29,720 nt of DNA from a virus (taxonomy: Duplodnaviria > Caudoviricetes). Below the pieces are notes generated by a model. That model was not told where the DNA came from. It worked only from the letters and a program-made list of their open reading frames with translations, and searched no databases. How positions within the stretch are numbered: position 1 is the stretch's first letter; each line of letters starts with the position of its first letter. The translations under genes were made by a program, and so were the position numbers. The stretch spans positions 1-29,720 of the IMG/VR virus record IMGVR_UViG_3300010286_000007; one strand, 5' to 3'. Shown here one piece after another: positions 8,464 to 15,817 of this stretch.

Positions 8464-9069
8464 TTAGAAAGGAGTACCTTCCATTAATGCTTTGGTAGCT
8501 TTTTCTATATCTGTGCAAATCTTTTCATAATCGCTAACTTTAACTTCTTCCGATTTGCTATATCCGTATTTCTCTATAACCGTCTTACAAATATCTGCAT
8601 TTCCATTAGCCAAAGCAAACATTCGCTTTGCTTGTGCTTTAGATATAACTTTATCGCTTTTATTTTCGCTTTCTCCATGCGTGTTTGTGCTATCACTATC
8701 TTTTGTATCATCAATGCAGAAAAGACCATTTAAAGCGTATTTACGCGCGTATGAAGATGTACTACCAGTAACTTGGCTAAGGTCCATACCTTTTTTACTT
8801 TCATCTTCTCGAGCAAAAGCTGACACAGAAAAACTTTGTCCATCTTCTACGTCTACCAATGTTGCAGTTGCTTTTATGTAAAATCTGTTTCCGACATTAA
8901 CCACTTCATCAGAAATAGTCAGTGTTGTCTTGGTTTCGCTTAGAAGGGGTTTTACCCCTTCTAAAATATCCTCGCAACTTCTATATTTGTATTTGCCAAA
9001 AGCGTTGTATTGATTTTTAGGCGCTTTAAGTTTTGATTGGATATTCATTAGTTTTTCATGTATTCCCAT
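8464..9069 (-). CDS. erf: ERF-family ssDNA annealing protein
   Basis: LKAPKNQYNAFGKYKYRSCEDI; GSTSSYARKYAL. Confidence 0.9.
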   Translation of the reverse strand: MGIHEKLMNIQSKLKAPKNQYNAFGKYKYRSCEDILEGVKPLLSETKTTLTISDEVVNVGNRFYIKATATLVDVEDGQSFSVSAFAREDESKKGMDLSQVTGSTSSYARKYALNGLFCIDDTKDSDSTNTHGESENKSDKVISKAQAKRMFALANGNADICKTVIEKYGYSKSEEVKVSDYEKICTDIEKATKALMEGTPF

Positions 9070-9620
9070 TATTCTACCTCCACTTTAATTACTATTTTTT
9101 CGGGTTGTTCTTCTACCTTTATTCCTTCTAAAATCTCTCCATCTTCTGTAACTACTTGTCCATTTACTACCTCTACAGCCTTTTTAAGCGCCGATTTATC
9201 GATTTCTTTCTTGACCCTTATTAATTCATTAAGCCCTGCGGATTCGAGTGAATTCAGCAGTTTTTCATCATCATAGGTCCATTTAGGTTGCTGTTTTCTT
9301 GACGATACTTTGCCATATGGAGTCGAGAGTTTAAACTTAGGATTTTTCTCTCTCTCCGATCTGAAATATTCTTCAAGCAGACATTCAAAGAACCGCTTTG
9401 AGAAATCAATCTTTTCCTTTTCTGATTGCTGCCAGTTTTGTATGCGCTCAATTTCTTTTTGAGCTAAAGCATCAATTTCAGATTGTTGTTTCTCAAGTGC
9501 TGCTAACTTTCTGAGACACCAGTTCGCAGCCTCCAGGCTATCAACTTTGAACCTTGATTGTTCTAATTCCTCTTTAATTTGCTCCATTTCATCCAACTCA
9601 AACTTTTCTAATGCGTTCAT
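9069..9620 (-). CDS. gam: Mu Gam-like host-nuclease inhibitor
   Basis: FKVDSLEAANWCLRKL; STPYGKVSSRK; IRVKKEIDKSALKK. Confidence 0.85.
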   Translation of the reverse strand: MNALEKFELDEMEQIKEELEQSRFKVDSLEAANWCLRKLAALEKQQSEIDALAQKEIERIQNWQQSEKEKIDFSKRFFECLLEEYFRSEREKNPKFKLSTPYGKVSSRKQQPKWTYDDEKLLNSLESAGLNELIRVKKEIDKSALKKAVEVVNGQVVTEDGEILEGIKVEEQPEKIVIKVEVE

Positions 9621-9808
9621 GCTATTACCTCCTCTTTTTTAAGCAACTTGCCGATTGCGTTATATATTTTCATTAAGTCATTCTCTGAACAAAAAAATGA
9701 TGAATCATCTATGTCAAGAGTATAAAATTCCGTGCCATCGTTTCTGTAATATTTGTTAACTTCTATATCTTCATTACCATTAAAGTGAAGAAATGCACTT
9801 ATTTTCAT
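9617..9808 (-). CDS. hypothetical protein
   Basis: GGAGG RBS; ATGA overlap with gam. Confidence 0.65.
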   Translation of the reverse strand: MKISAFLHFNGNEDIEVNKYYRNDGTEFYTLDIDDSSFFCSENDLMKIYNAIGKLLKKEEVIA

Positions 9809-9819
9809 TCTTTACCTCC

Positions 9820-9910
9820 TTGCATTTGAGAAATCATTTTGATACAATAAAAATGCGATTATATTTTTATATGGGCTTGTCCTATTTGGCGGTGGAACTA
9901 AGCCCTTTTT
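9820..9910 (+). ncRNA. putative short antisense transcript with own promoter and terminator
   Basis: TTGCAT-17-TACAAT (9820-9848, extended -10); GGGCTT...AAGCCC+T5 at 9873-9910. Confidence 0.45.
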
Positions 9911-10065
9911 CTTATGTTTTTTATTATTCTATAATCTACGTACCCCCTTTCTGAATTTAATCTTCTTTGCTTGTCCTGCCTTCGCTTGTCCAAAATCATG
10001 TCAATCAAAACCCCTATCCCTGCTGTCGCAAGACCGGCAGTGTACCCGATAAATAGTAGAGTCAT
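9898..10065 (-). CDS. small single-TM protein (55 aa), not in ORF track
   Basis: MTLLFIGYTAGLATAGIGVLIDMILDKRRQDKQRR...; GGAGG RBS; ATGA overlap. Confidence 0.6.
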   Translation of the reverse strand: MTLLFIGYTAGLATAGIGVLIDMILDKRRQDKQRRLNSERGYVDYRIIKNIRKRA

Positions 10066-10256
10066 GCAATCCCTCCTACTTGATATTTTTCAATTTCTCT
10101 ATCAATTATCTGACTTTGAACAACTAGAATAAGCCTGTCCAGTTTTTCGCTTTGCTTCAGTATTTCTATCGCATTTAAGCCTTTATCAACTATTAACTCA
10201 TTCAGTTTCATTCTCTCAACCTTGATAAAATCAATCGTTTCTGTATTAATATCCAT
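10062..10256 (-). CDS. Spo0E-like aspartyl-phosphate phosphatase family protein
   Basis: IKVERMKLNELIVDKGL...ILKQSEKLDRLI resembles the Spo0E SQELD signature; start revised to MDINTE. Confidence 0.7.
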   Translation of the reverse strand: MDINTETIDFIKVERMKLNELIVDKGLNAIEILKQSEKLDRLILVVQSQIIDREIEKYQVGGIA

Positions 10257-10306
10257 ACGATTCCCCCTATAAAACATACTATTGAGTACCGTCGTGAATC
10301 GCGACG

Positions 10307-10492
10307 CTATGCTTCTTGCAGGTTCATTTCGATAAAGAATTCAGTCAACGCAAAATTGCGTTTACCCAATATATCTGAGAAGTTTCTAATGTCTCTTAAA
10401 AGATCGCTATGTCTTTTGCCTATCATATGTGCTACTTCTCTACTATCAACCACTAACTTTCCTTGATGATTTAAAATTTGTAAATCATTCAT
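10307..10492 (-). CDS. Rha-family N-terminal domain, apparently truncated
   Basis: VVDSREVAHMIGKRHSDLLRDIR...FFIE, then an early stop. Confidence 0.7.
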   Translation of the reverse strand: MNDLQILNHQGKLVVDSREVAHMIGKRHSDLLRDIRNFSDILGKRNFALTEFFIEMNLQEA

Positions 10493-10494
10493 CT

Positions 10495-11283
10495 CTATTT
10501 CCCCTTAACCTTGTTTTCTGTTTTTGTATTTAAGAATTTATTTATAAAATACTGTTGTCCTTTACCAGTTACTTTTGGCGTCTTATTAACTGTTGTATGA
10601 CCGTCTGCGTGAGTAACAGTTGTTTCTTTAACCTCAAATAACTTTAATTCCATAGATTTTTGGGTTGGCATATTGTAATCTGTTCCTTTTCTGCTAATAA
10701 GATATCCATTTTGTCTTAACCATTTAAATAAACGATTTTGTCCTATATCTATACCATTTTGTTTTAATAATTTTGCAAGTTCTCCAACAAGAATTGAAGT
10801 TTTTGAAGAAGAAACTGCGTCTGCAAACAGTATTTTAGGCTTATCTTTTTCAATTTTTTGTTCTAATGCTTTTCTTTTTTGTTGTTCTTCCTTCAAATGA
10901 GTTGCCAATTTAATAATTGTATCTGGATTGGTTAATACTTCTTCTATCTTTTCTTCTGTCATGTATGCTCCGTGTTTACGGATAGTTGGTAGTACTTCGT
11001 GAGTTATCCACCTTTTAAACTTTTTAGCTTCTGGTTTCCTGCTAGATAAAACTAAAGCGTATAAGCCATATTCGTTCACACAAAGCATATTTTGCGTTCC
11101 TCCAGGGGTAGGAATTAAATTCGTACCCTTTTCATCTTCATCTAACCTTTGTGCTGCCTTGGATACATCTTTTATCCATAAACATTCGCATACGTCTTTA
11201 GCAACAAACCACGGCTCGTTATCAATAAGTAAAGTTCTAACTTGTCCAAATTCTGCGTTTTGGAAAACTTTTAATTCATTCAT
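10495..11283 (-). CDS. BRO-N + ANT/KilA-C antirepressor-family protein
   Basis: PWFVAKDV; NEYGLYALVLSSRKPEAKKFKRWIT; IGQNRLFKWLR; TPKVTGKGQQYF. Confidence 0.93.
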   Translation of the reverse strand: MNELKVFQNAEFGQVRTLLIDNEPWFVAKDVCECLWIKDVSKAAQRLDEDEKGTNLIPTPGGTQNMLCVNEYGLYALVLSSRKPEAKKFKRWITHEVLPTIRKHGAYMTEEKIEEVLTNPDTIIKLATHLKEEQQKRKALEQKIEKDKPKILFADAVSSSKTSILVGELAKLLKQNGIDIGQNRLFKWLRQNGYLISRKGTDYNMPTQKSMELKLFEVKETTVTHADGHTTVNKTPKVTGKGQQYFINKFLNTKTENKVKGK

Positions 11284-11295
11284 ACTAAATACCTC

Positions 11296-11625
11296 CTATT
11301 TAATTGAATACAATAATGATTTTTTATTTTCTTTAGTTGCTGGTTGTTTATTATATTTATTTTTTTGTGCTAAATCTTTTAAATATTTAATCACTTGAGT
11401 TTTTACATAACATTCGGTATTTCCTACATAAAACTTTGGAAAATTTGGGTCACTAGTTAGTTTTTTAACGCTCGCATATTTAAGCCCGATAAATTTTTCA
11501 AGATCTTTTCTTTGCCAAACTTCTTCCTTTTCCTTTTGTTGTATTTTTGAATTATTTAAACTTATTTTTTCTAATTCGTTTTTTAAATCTTTAAGTGTAT
11601 GTAGTATTTCTTCTAATATTCCCAT
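11296..11625 (-). CDS. excisionase/AlpA-like winged HTH protein
   Basis: QRKDLEKFIGLKYASVKKLTSDPNFPKFYVG...VKTQVIKYL; second gene of the lytic operon. Confidence 0.55.
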   Translation of the reverse strand: MGILEEILHTLKDLKNELEKISLNNSKIQQKEKEEVWQRKDLEKFIGLKYASVKKLTSDPNFPKFYVGNTECYVKTQVIKYLKDLAQKNKYNKQPATKENKKSLLYSIK

Positions 11626-11636
11626 ATGTCCACTCC

Positions 11637-11870
11637 TTAATTGTCGGTGTAATCGACAAAATTATTTAAAATTTTTAAATCAATATTTAATACTTTGGCT
11701 AATTTAAGCAATGTTTTAATAGAGGGGATATAGCTCCCAGTTTCAATTGAAGCTAAATGCGACCTGCTAATACCTGCCTCTTTTGCTGTTTGTATTTGTG
11801 TTTTATGCGCAGCTTGTCTATATTCTTTGATTGCCAAGCCTAATTTTTCTTTGACAACCATAATTGACAC
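11637..11870 (-). CDS. Cro-like XRE HTH regulator
   Basis: TQIQTAKEAGISRSHLASIETG...PSIKTLLKLA; divergent from the CI-like gene. Confidence 0.85.
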   Translation of the reverse strand: MSIMVVKEKLGLAIKEYRQAAHKTQIQTAKEAGISRSHLASIETGSYIPSIKTLLKLAKVLNIDLKILNNFVDYTDN

Positions 11871-11882
11871 CTCCTTTCATTT

Positions 11883-12088
11883 TTGTCTTGCCTCATCGAC
11901 AATCATATTGTACTACTGTACCGACATAAAAGTAAACTTTCGTCCTACTCGAAAAAAGGCGATATAGGTCGATTATACTAAAATGGCTTTAAATAGCTTA
12001 AATTCTCTTAAAATTTCTTGAATTTTCATTTAAAAAAAGTCTTGTATTTCTGACAACAATATGTTATATTTGTCACTGTGAAAGACAA
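11883..12088. promoter_or_regulatory. lysis/lysogeny switch: divergent promoters and operators
   Basis: Leftward TTTACT-18-TACAAT (11936-11907); rightward TTGTAT-17-TATATT (12042-12070); GTC-N9/10-GACA dyads at 11883, 12039, 12070. Confidence 0.7.
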
Positions 12089-12113
12089 ATAAAAAAGAAA
12101 GCAGGAGGGAACA

Positions 12114-12518
12114 ATGGATTTAAAAGAAATAGGAAAGGCAATAAAGCAATTAAGAAATGATAGGAAAATCACTCAAGTTGAATTAGCACAAAAAGCAAAT
12201 TGTTCACGTTCATTTATAGCCGACCTTGAACGCGGTGCTTCAAAGGCAAGTTTAGATACTTTAAAAAGCATAGCAAATGCTTTAGGCGTAAACTTATCTT
12301 ATTTATTATTAAAAGCCGAACACTCCATACCAGACGAATATGATTTGATGGTATTAAAGATAAAAAATGAATTTCCGCAAGGAATTACTATATTAAAGAA
12401 AGCTACAGAAGAATTAACAAAAAGACAAAAGAAAGATTTAGTAGAATTTATTGACTTCTTTATCAGAAAAGAAGTTGAAAAAGAATTGGCAAAACAAAAT
12501 AAAAAGAAAGGGGAGTAA
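12114..12518 (+). CDS. CI-like XRE repressor without peptidase domain
   Basis: N-terminal HTH ITQVELAQKANCSRSFIADLERG; short helical C-terminus; directly upstream of integrase. Confidence 0.85.
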   Translation: MDLKEIGKAIKQLRNDRKITQVELAQKANCSRSFIADLERGASKASLDTLKSIANALGVNLSYLLLKAEHSIPDEYDLMVLKIKNEFPQGITILKKATEELTKRQKKDLVEFIDFFIRKEVEKELAKQNKKKGE

Positions 12519-12519
12519 A

Positions 12520-13644
12520 ATGGCTCAATTTATTAAAAAAAAGAAAGGTTGGGCTGTCAGGTTTTATACTGATGAATTAGATGAAAAAGGTCAAAAGAAA
12601 AGAATATATCTTAGTGGATATAAAACTAAAAAAGATGCCGAAAATGCTATGCTAGAATATTTAAGTAACTTTAAGAAAACTGGTAGAACAATAGACAATA
12701 ACATCACTTTAAAAGAGTACTTAGAGTATTTCTTTGAGAATTATATAGTTACAAACACAGCTCCTCGCACACAAAGATATTATGCCGATATATTCAGGTT
12801 GCATATTATACCTTATATGGGAAGTATACGTCTAAATAACCTTAAGGCTTCTTTATTACAGCAGTATTATTTATATTGTTTAAATAATAAAGGTTTATCA
12901 AAAAATAGTGTTAAAAAACATCATAGAGCTTTACACTTAGCACTAAATTACGCTATGAAATGGGGATTGACTTATAACAATGTAACTGACATGGTAGAAC
13001 CACCAAAACCAGAAAAAGTAATAAAACATACTTTAAACAAAGAGCAATTAAATATGTTTTTAGAGGAAGTAAAGGGAACAAGTGTATATATTCCGTTTCT
13101 TTTATTAATTACAACTGGTTTAAGACGTGGAGAAGTGTGTGGATTACAAATAGAAGATGTAGATTTAGAAGAAGGTATGTTATATATAAGACATAATTTA
13201 CAGAGATATAACGGTAAATTAAATTTAACTACAACAAAAACACATAGGTCTAGTAGACCAATAGCACTTTTGCCGGAAACCATACCTATATTAAAAAAAT
13301 ATGAATTAGAAATAAAAAAAGCCAAACTAGCAAACCCAGCTTGGCAGGAAAATAATTTTTATTGTAAATGGTTAAATGATGGCAGACCTATAAAACCCGA
13401 ATATTTAACAAGAGTATTTAAAAAAATAATTAAAAAACTCAACTTTAACGAAGAATTGACATTGCATGATTTAAGACATTCACATGCTACTATATTATTA
13501 GAAGAAGGGAAACACCCTAAAATAGTACAAGAAAGATTAGGACATTCTACTATCAAAACAAGCATGGATTTATATAGTCATGTAACACCGCAACTTGAAA
13601 AGAAAGAAATGCAGAATGTCCATATACTTAAAAATAAATTTTAG
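12520..13644 (+). CDS. int: tyrosine integrase (start revised to MAQFIK)
   Basis: Arm-binding N-terminus (GYKTKKDA); GLRRGE, LHDLRHSHAT, RLGHS, DLYSH; GGGGAG RBS. Confidence 0.96.
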   Translation: MAQFIKKKKGWAVRFYTDELDEKGQKKRIYLSGYKTKKDAENAMLEYLSNFKKTGRTIDNNITLKEYLEYFFENYIVTNTAPRTQRYYADIFRLHIIPYMGSIRLNNLKASLLQQYYLYCLNNKGLSKNSVKKHHRALHLALNYAMKWGLTYNNVTDMVEPPKPEKVIKHTLNKEQLNMFLEEVKGTSVYIPFLLLITTGLRRGEVCGLQIEDVDLEEGMLYIRHNLQRYNGKLNLTTTKTHRSSRPIALLPETIPILKKYELEIKKAKLANPAWQENNFYCKWLNDGRPIKPEYLTRVFKKIIKKLNFNEELTLHDLRHSHATILLEEGKHPKIVQERLGHSTIKTSMDLYSHVTPQLEKKEMQNVHILKNKF

Positions 13645-13921
13645 GCACAGTTTAGGCACAAAGTTTCCAGATTTTATGCCTAAACTATTTTTTTATTTTT
13701 ACAAAACACAGTATTTAAAAAAGATACGGAGAACGCACGCAGAAGGATTCGAACCCTCGACACTCTGATCCGAAGTCAGGCAAAATGCATTTTATATTAT
13801 TAAAAATAATTTTAAATAATTTCATTTAGCTGAAAAATCAATGGTTTTAAGAAATAGAAGCTATGTATCTTTTGATATTTTTGTATATAATTTTAAAATT
13901 TTTAGGCACAGTTTAGGCACA
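13640..13921. mobile_element. attP with integrase arm-type repeats
   Basis: TTTAGGCACA at 13640, 13651, 13901, 13912; inverted TATGCCTAAA at 13675; flanking a tRNA-derived core. Confidence 0.88.
13734..13779 (-). tRNA. 3' half of tRNA-Arg(UCG) = att core (not a complete tRNA)
   Basis: CTGA-CTTCGGA-TCAG anticodon arm, GAGGG-TTCGAAT-CCTTC T arm, TGCGTGC-G acceptor 3' strand; no D arm. Confidence 0.85.
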
Positions 13922-14113
13922 TTAATCCACTACTTTACCTAAAATATTTTTATCTTGCTGATAGAAGTCAATTGTTAAATCTTTTGTTAAAACTTTATCA
14001 CCATCAAATACTTCTTGAGTTAATTCTACAGCCAATAGACGCTCATCGTCGCAAAAAAACACATAATTATTTGAAATTCTTTCTAATACCTTCTTCATTA
14101 TTGCATTATCCAT
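13922..14113 (-). CDS. small hypothetical protein (63 aa) downstream of a LexA-box promoter
   Basis: AAGGGG RBS; stop codon abuts the last arm repeat. Confidence 0.65.
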   Translation of the reverse strand: MDNAIMKKVLERISNNYVFFCDDERLLAVELTQEVFDGDKVLTKDLTIDFYQQDKNILGKVVD

Positions 14114-14238
14114 AGTATTTCCCCTTTGCTGAGTATAGTATGTGCTATCTTTTGTATATTTTACGAACCATCAACCCACCTATTCTTCCTTATTCGCTTA
14201 ATTTTAACCACCCCTTCCGTCTGTGAAGTGTTAGGTAT

Positions 14239-14267
14239 ATTATACTACAAACATATGTTCGTTTCAA
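14239..14267 (-). promoter_or_regulatory. sigmaA promoter with LexA (SOS) box in the spacer
   Basis: TTGAAA-17-TATAAT; spacer contains CGAACATATGTTTG (14248-14261) vs consensus CGAAC-N4-GTTCG. Confidence 0.8.
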
Positions 14268-14282
14268 GATTAAAGAATTTCA

Positions 14283-14323
14283 GAAAAAGAAAGGCATTAC
14301 TCCAAAAGTGAGTAATACCTTTT
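14283..14323 (-). terminator. intrinsic terminator closing the accessory operon
   Basis: AAGGTATTACTC/GAGTAATGCCTT stem (one G-U) followed by TCTTTTT. Confidence 0.8.
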
Positions 14324-14355
14324 CGTATCATTTTATAATCGGGTTTCTTCCATCA

Positions 14356-14568
14356 TCAAGAGCTATCAAAGTCCGGGTTAGTTTTATATTTCATTAAAAA
14401 TTCATTTCCTGTCATGATTAATTCTCCTTTCAATTTTTTTATCGCTTCGTCTATGATCTTGCCCTGCGGTATATTAGTTTCTTTTGAATATTCTTCTAGC
14501 CATTCGGCTAGACATTTGTCTATGCTCAAATTTTTAACTTTTCTATTCTTCAAGTCTTTAACTGCCAT
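14356..14568 (-). CDS. ribbon-helix-helix regulator (Aca-like position)
   Basis: KVKNLSID strand, LAEWLEEYSKET and IPQGKIIDEAI helices; last gene of the operon. Confidence 0.8.
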   Translation of the reverse strand: MAVKDLKNRKVKNLSIDKCLAEWLEEYSKETNIPQGKIIDEAIKKLKGELIMTGNEFLMKYKTNPDFDSS

Positions 14569-14580
14569 AACAACCCTCCA

Positions 14581-14973
14581 TTAGATGCAATAATTCTGAT
14601 TTTCTAATTTACTTATATATTCTTGGCAATATTGTTCTGCTTCTTCCATTGTTTTAAAGCTTTTCATGAGTTCATATATTGATGAACCATATTCGGAAGT
14701 CATAACTTTTTTCCTATATGAACCACGAAAACAATGGTCGGTTTTTATTAATGCGGGAAATAATTCACCACGAGGTGGATCAGGTATAATGTACACATTA
14801 TATTCTGTTGTTTCTTCAATAAGTTTCTTTCTGGCTTCTTCGAGTTCTTCATCATTTGCACATACTTTTACCAGTTCATACCTATCGCTTAGCTGTAAGT
14901 GATTTTCACTATAAACACTCAGTGTTCCGGTTATTTTGTTTCTATATATCATCCATCTTTTTTCTTGTTTCAT
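14581..14973 (-). CDS. hypothetical protein (candidate anti-defence)
   Basis: GGAGG RBS; internal repeat YELVK..EELEEA / YELMK..EEAEQY. Confidence 0.7.
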   Translation of the reverse strand: MKQEKRWMIYRNKITGTLSVYSENHLQLSDRYELVKVCANDEELEEARKKLIEETTEYNVYIIPDPPRGELFPALIKTDHCFRGSYRKKVMTSEYGSSIYELMKSFKTMEEAEQYCQEYISKLENQNYCI

Positions 14974-15010
14974 GTCAATCCCTCCAATATTATTTTTTAA
15001 TTTCTGTTAC

Positions 15011-15038
15011 GGTTGGCAACTTAAACAAGTTGCCAACC
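15011..15038. repeat. perfect 12-bp inverted repeat spanning a stop codon
   Basis: GGTTGGCAACTT-AAAC-AAGTTGCCAACC. Confidence 0.85.
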
Positions 15039-15572
15039 TGTTTCAGCCACAACGGATATAATTTTTCCGTTTGGCAATTCTTTCTTTTCTCGTTTATCGT
15101 TATGGAACACTAGAACTTGTGTTCCATACCCGATCAAAAGTCCATTGTCGCAGTTTTCCATATGCCCGTACCCTTCATAGAAGGAAAGCTGTTTCATGAG
15201 GTATGGGATAGGGCTAACAAATATCACAATGTGATGTACGAGTTTTTGAAGGATTTCGTATTGTTCTTTTAAAGTCCAACCCATTGCGGGGACTCTTATT
15301 ATTTCATAGTCCCCAATTCGATTTTCTAAAATTTCAATCTGGGCGGGTAATAAACTGTGTTGTTCATTGATTATAACAAATGCTTTTCTGTCTCTGTCAA
15401 AAGTTAAGTCAGTGTAAGTAAATGCTTTTTCTTTGGCATCTTCTTTTGTTTGAGCATATGTAAGATTTGATGGTAATTTAATAACAGTTTTACATTTGGG
15501 ACATTTTTTGTAATCAATTAATTCATTTCTTTCAAATACTTCGTTACAGAAAATACATTTATAAAATCTCAT
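15021..15572 (-). CDS. Zn-ribbon fused to a small alpha/beta domain resembling Csx20/Csx16-type proteins
   Basis: CIFC...CPKC N-terminus; FVIINEQHSLLPAQ, VIFVSPIP, VFHNDKREKKELPNGKII; family resemblance is from memory only. Confidence 0.5.
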   Translation of the reverse strand: MRFYKCIFCNEVFERNELIDYKKCPKCKTVIKLPSNLTYAQTKEDAKEKAFTYTDLTFDRDRKAFVIINEQHSLLPAQIEILENRIGDYEIIRVPAMGWTLKEQYEILQKLVHHIVIFVSPIPYLMKQLSFYEGYGHMENCDNGLLIGYGTQVLVFHNDKREKKELPNGKIISVVAETGWQLV

Positions 15573-15598
15573 ATATATTACCTCCTTAATTATATTTT

Positions 15599-15817
15599 TT
15601 AATTGTATTTTTCCGGAAAAGCTATTTCCTTAGCTTCTTCCCTATTGTCGGCTAGAACGATTGTACTGTCCCAACCAATCGAGTCTCCACAGCAAGGGCA
15701 TTCAAGCCCTTGCAATTCATTTGGCTCGTAAACGTCTTTGCAGAATATACATTTATGAAAAACATTTGCATGTTTAGCTTTATATGCATTTGATGTTTTT
15801 ACAATCAAAGATTTCAT
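15599..15817 (-). CDS. stand-alone Zn-ribbon protein, paralog of the next gene's N-terminus
   Basis: KCIFCKDVYEPNEL...CPCC...EEAKEIAF. Confidence 0.7.
   Translation of the reverse strand: MKSLIVKTSNAYKAKHANVFHKCIFCKDVYEPNELQGLECPCCGDSIGWDSTIVLADNREEAKEIAFPEKYN

Noticed and set aside
11652-11902. Spo0A boxes in the switch (TGTCGAT on the minus strand)
   Set aside because: One mismatch to TGNCGAA, and better explained as halves of repressor dyads
13734-13779. Functional phage tRNA gene
   Set aside because: No D arm or 5' acceptor strand; it is the att core
14581-14973. RNase H1 hybrid-binding domain (KSFKTMEEAEQY)
   Set aside because: Only the terminal motif matches; the upstream aromatic/Gly pattern is missing
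14356-14973. RHH plus neighbour as a type II toxin-antitoxin pair
   Set aside because: No RelE, MazF, PIN or HicA motif in the neighbour, and the RHH ends a six-gene operon; not fully excluded
15011-15038. Solitary CRISPR repeat (RNA anti-CRISPR)
   Set aside because: Stem is too long, half lies in coding sequence and there is no GAAA(C/G)-type 3' handle
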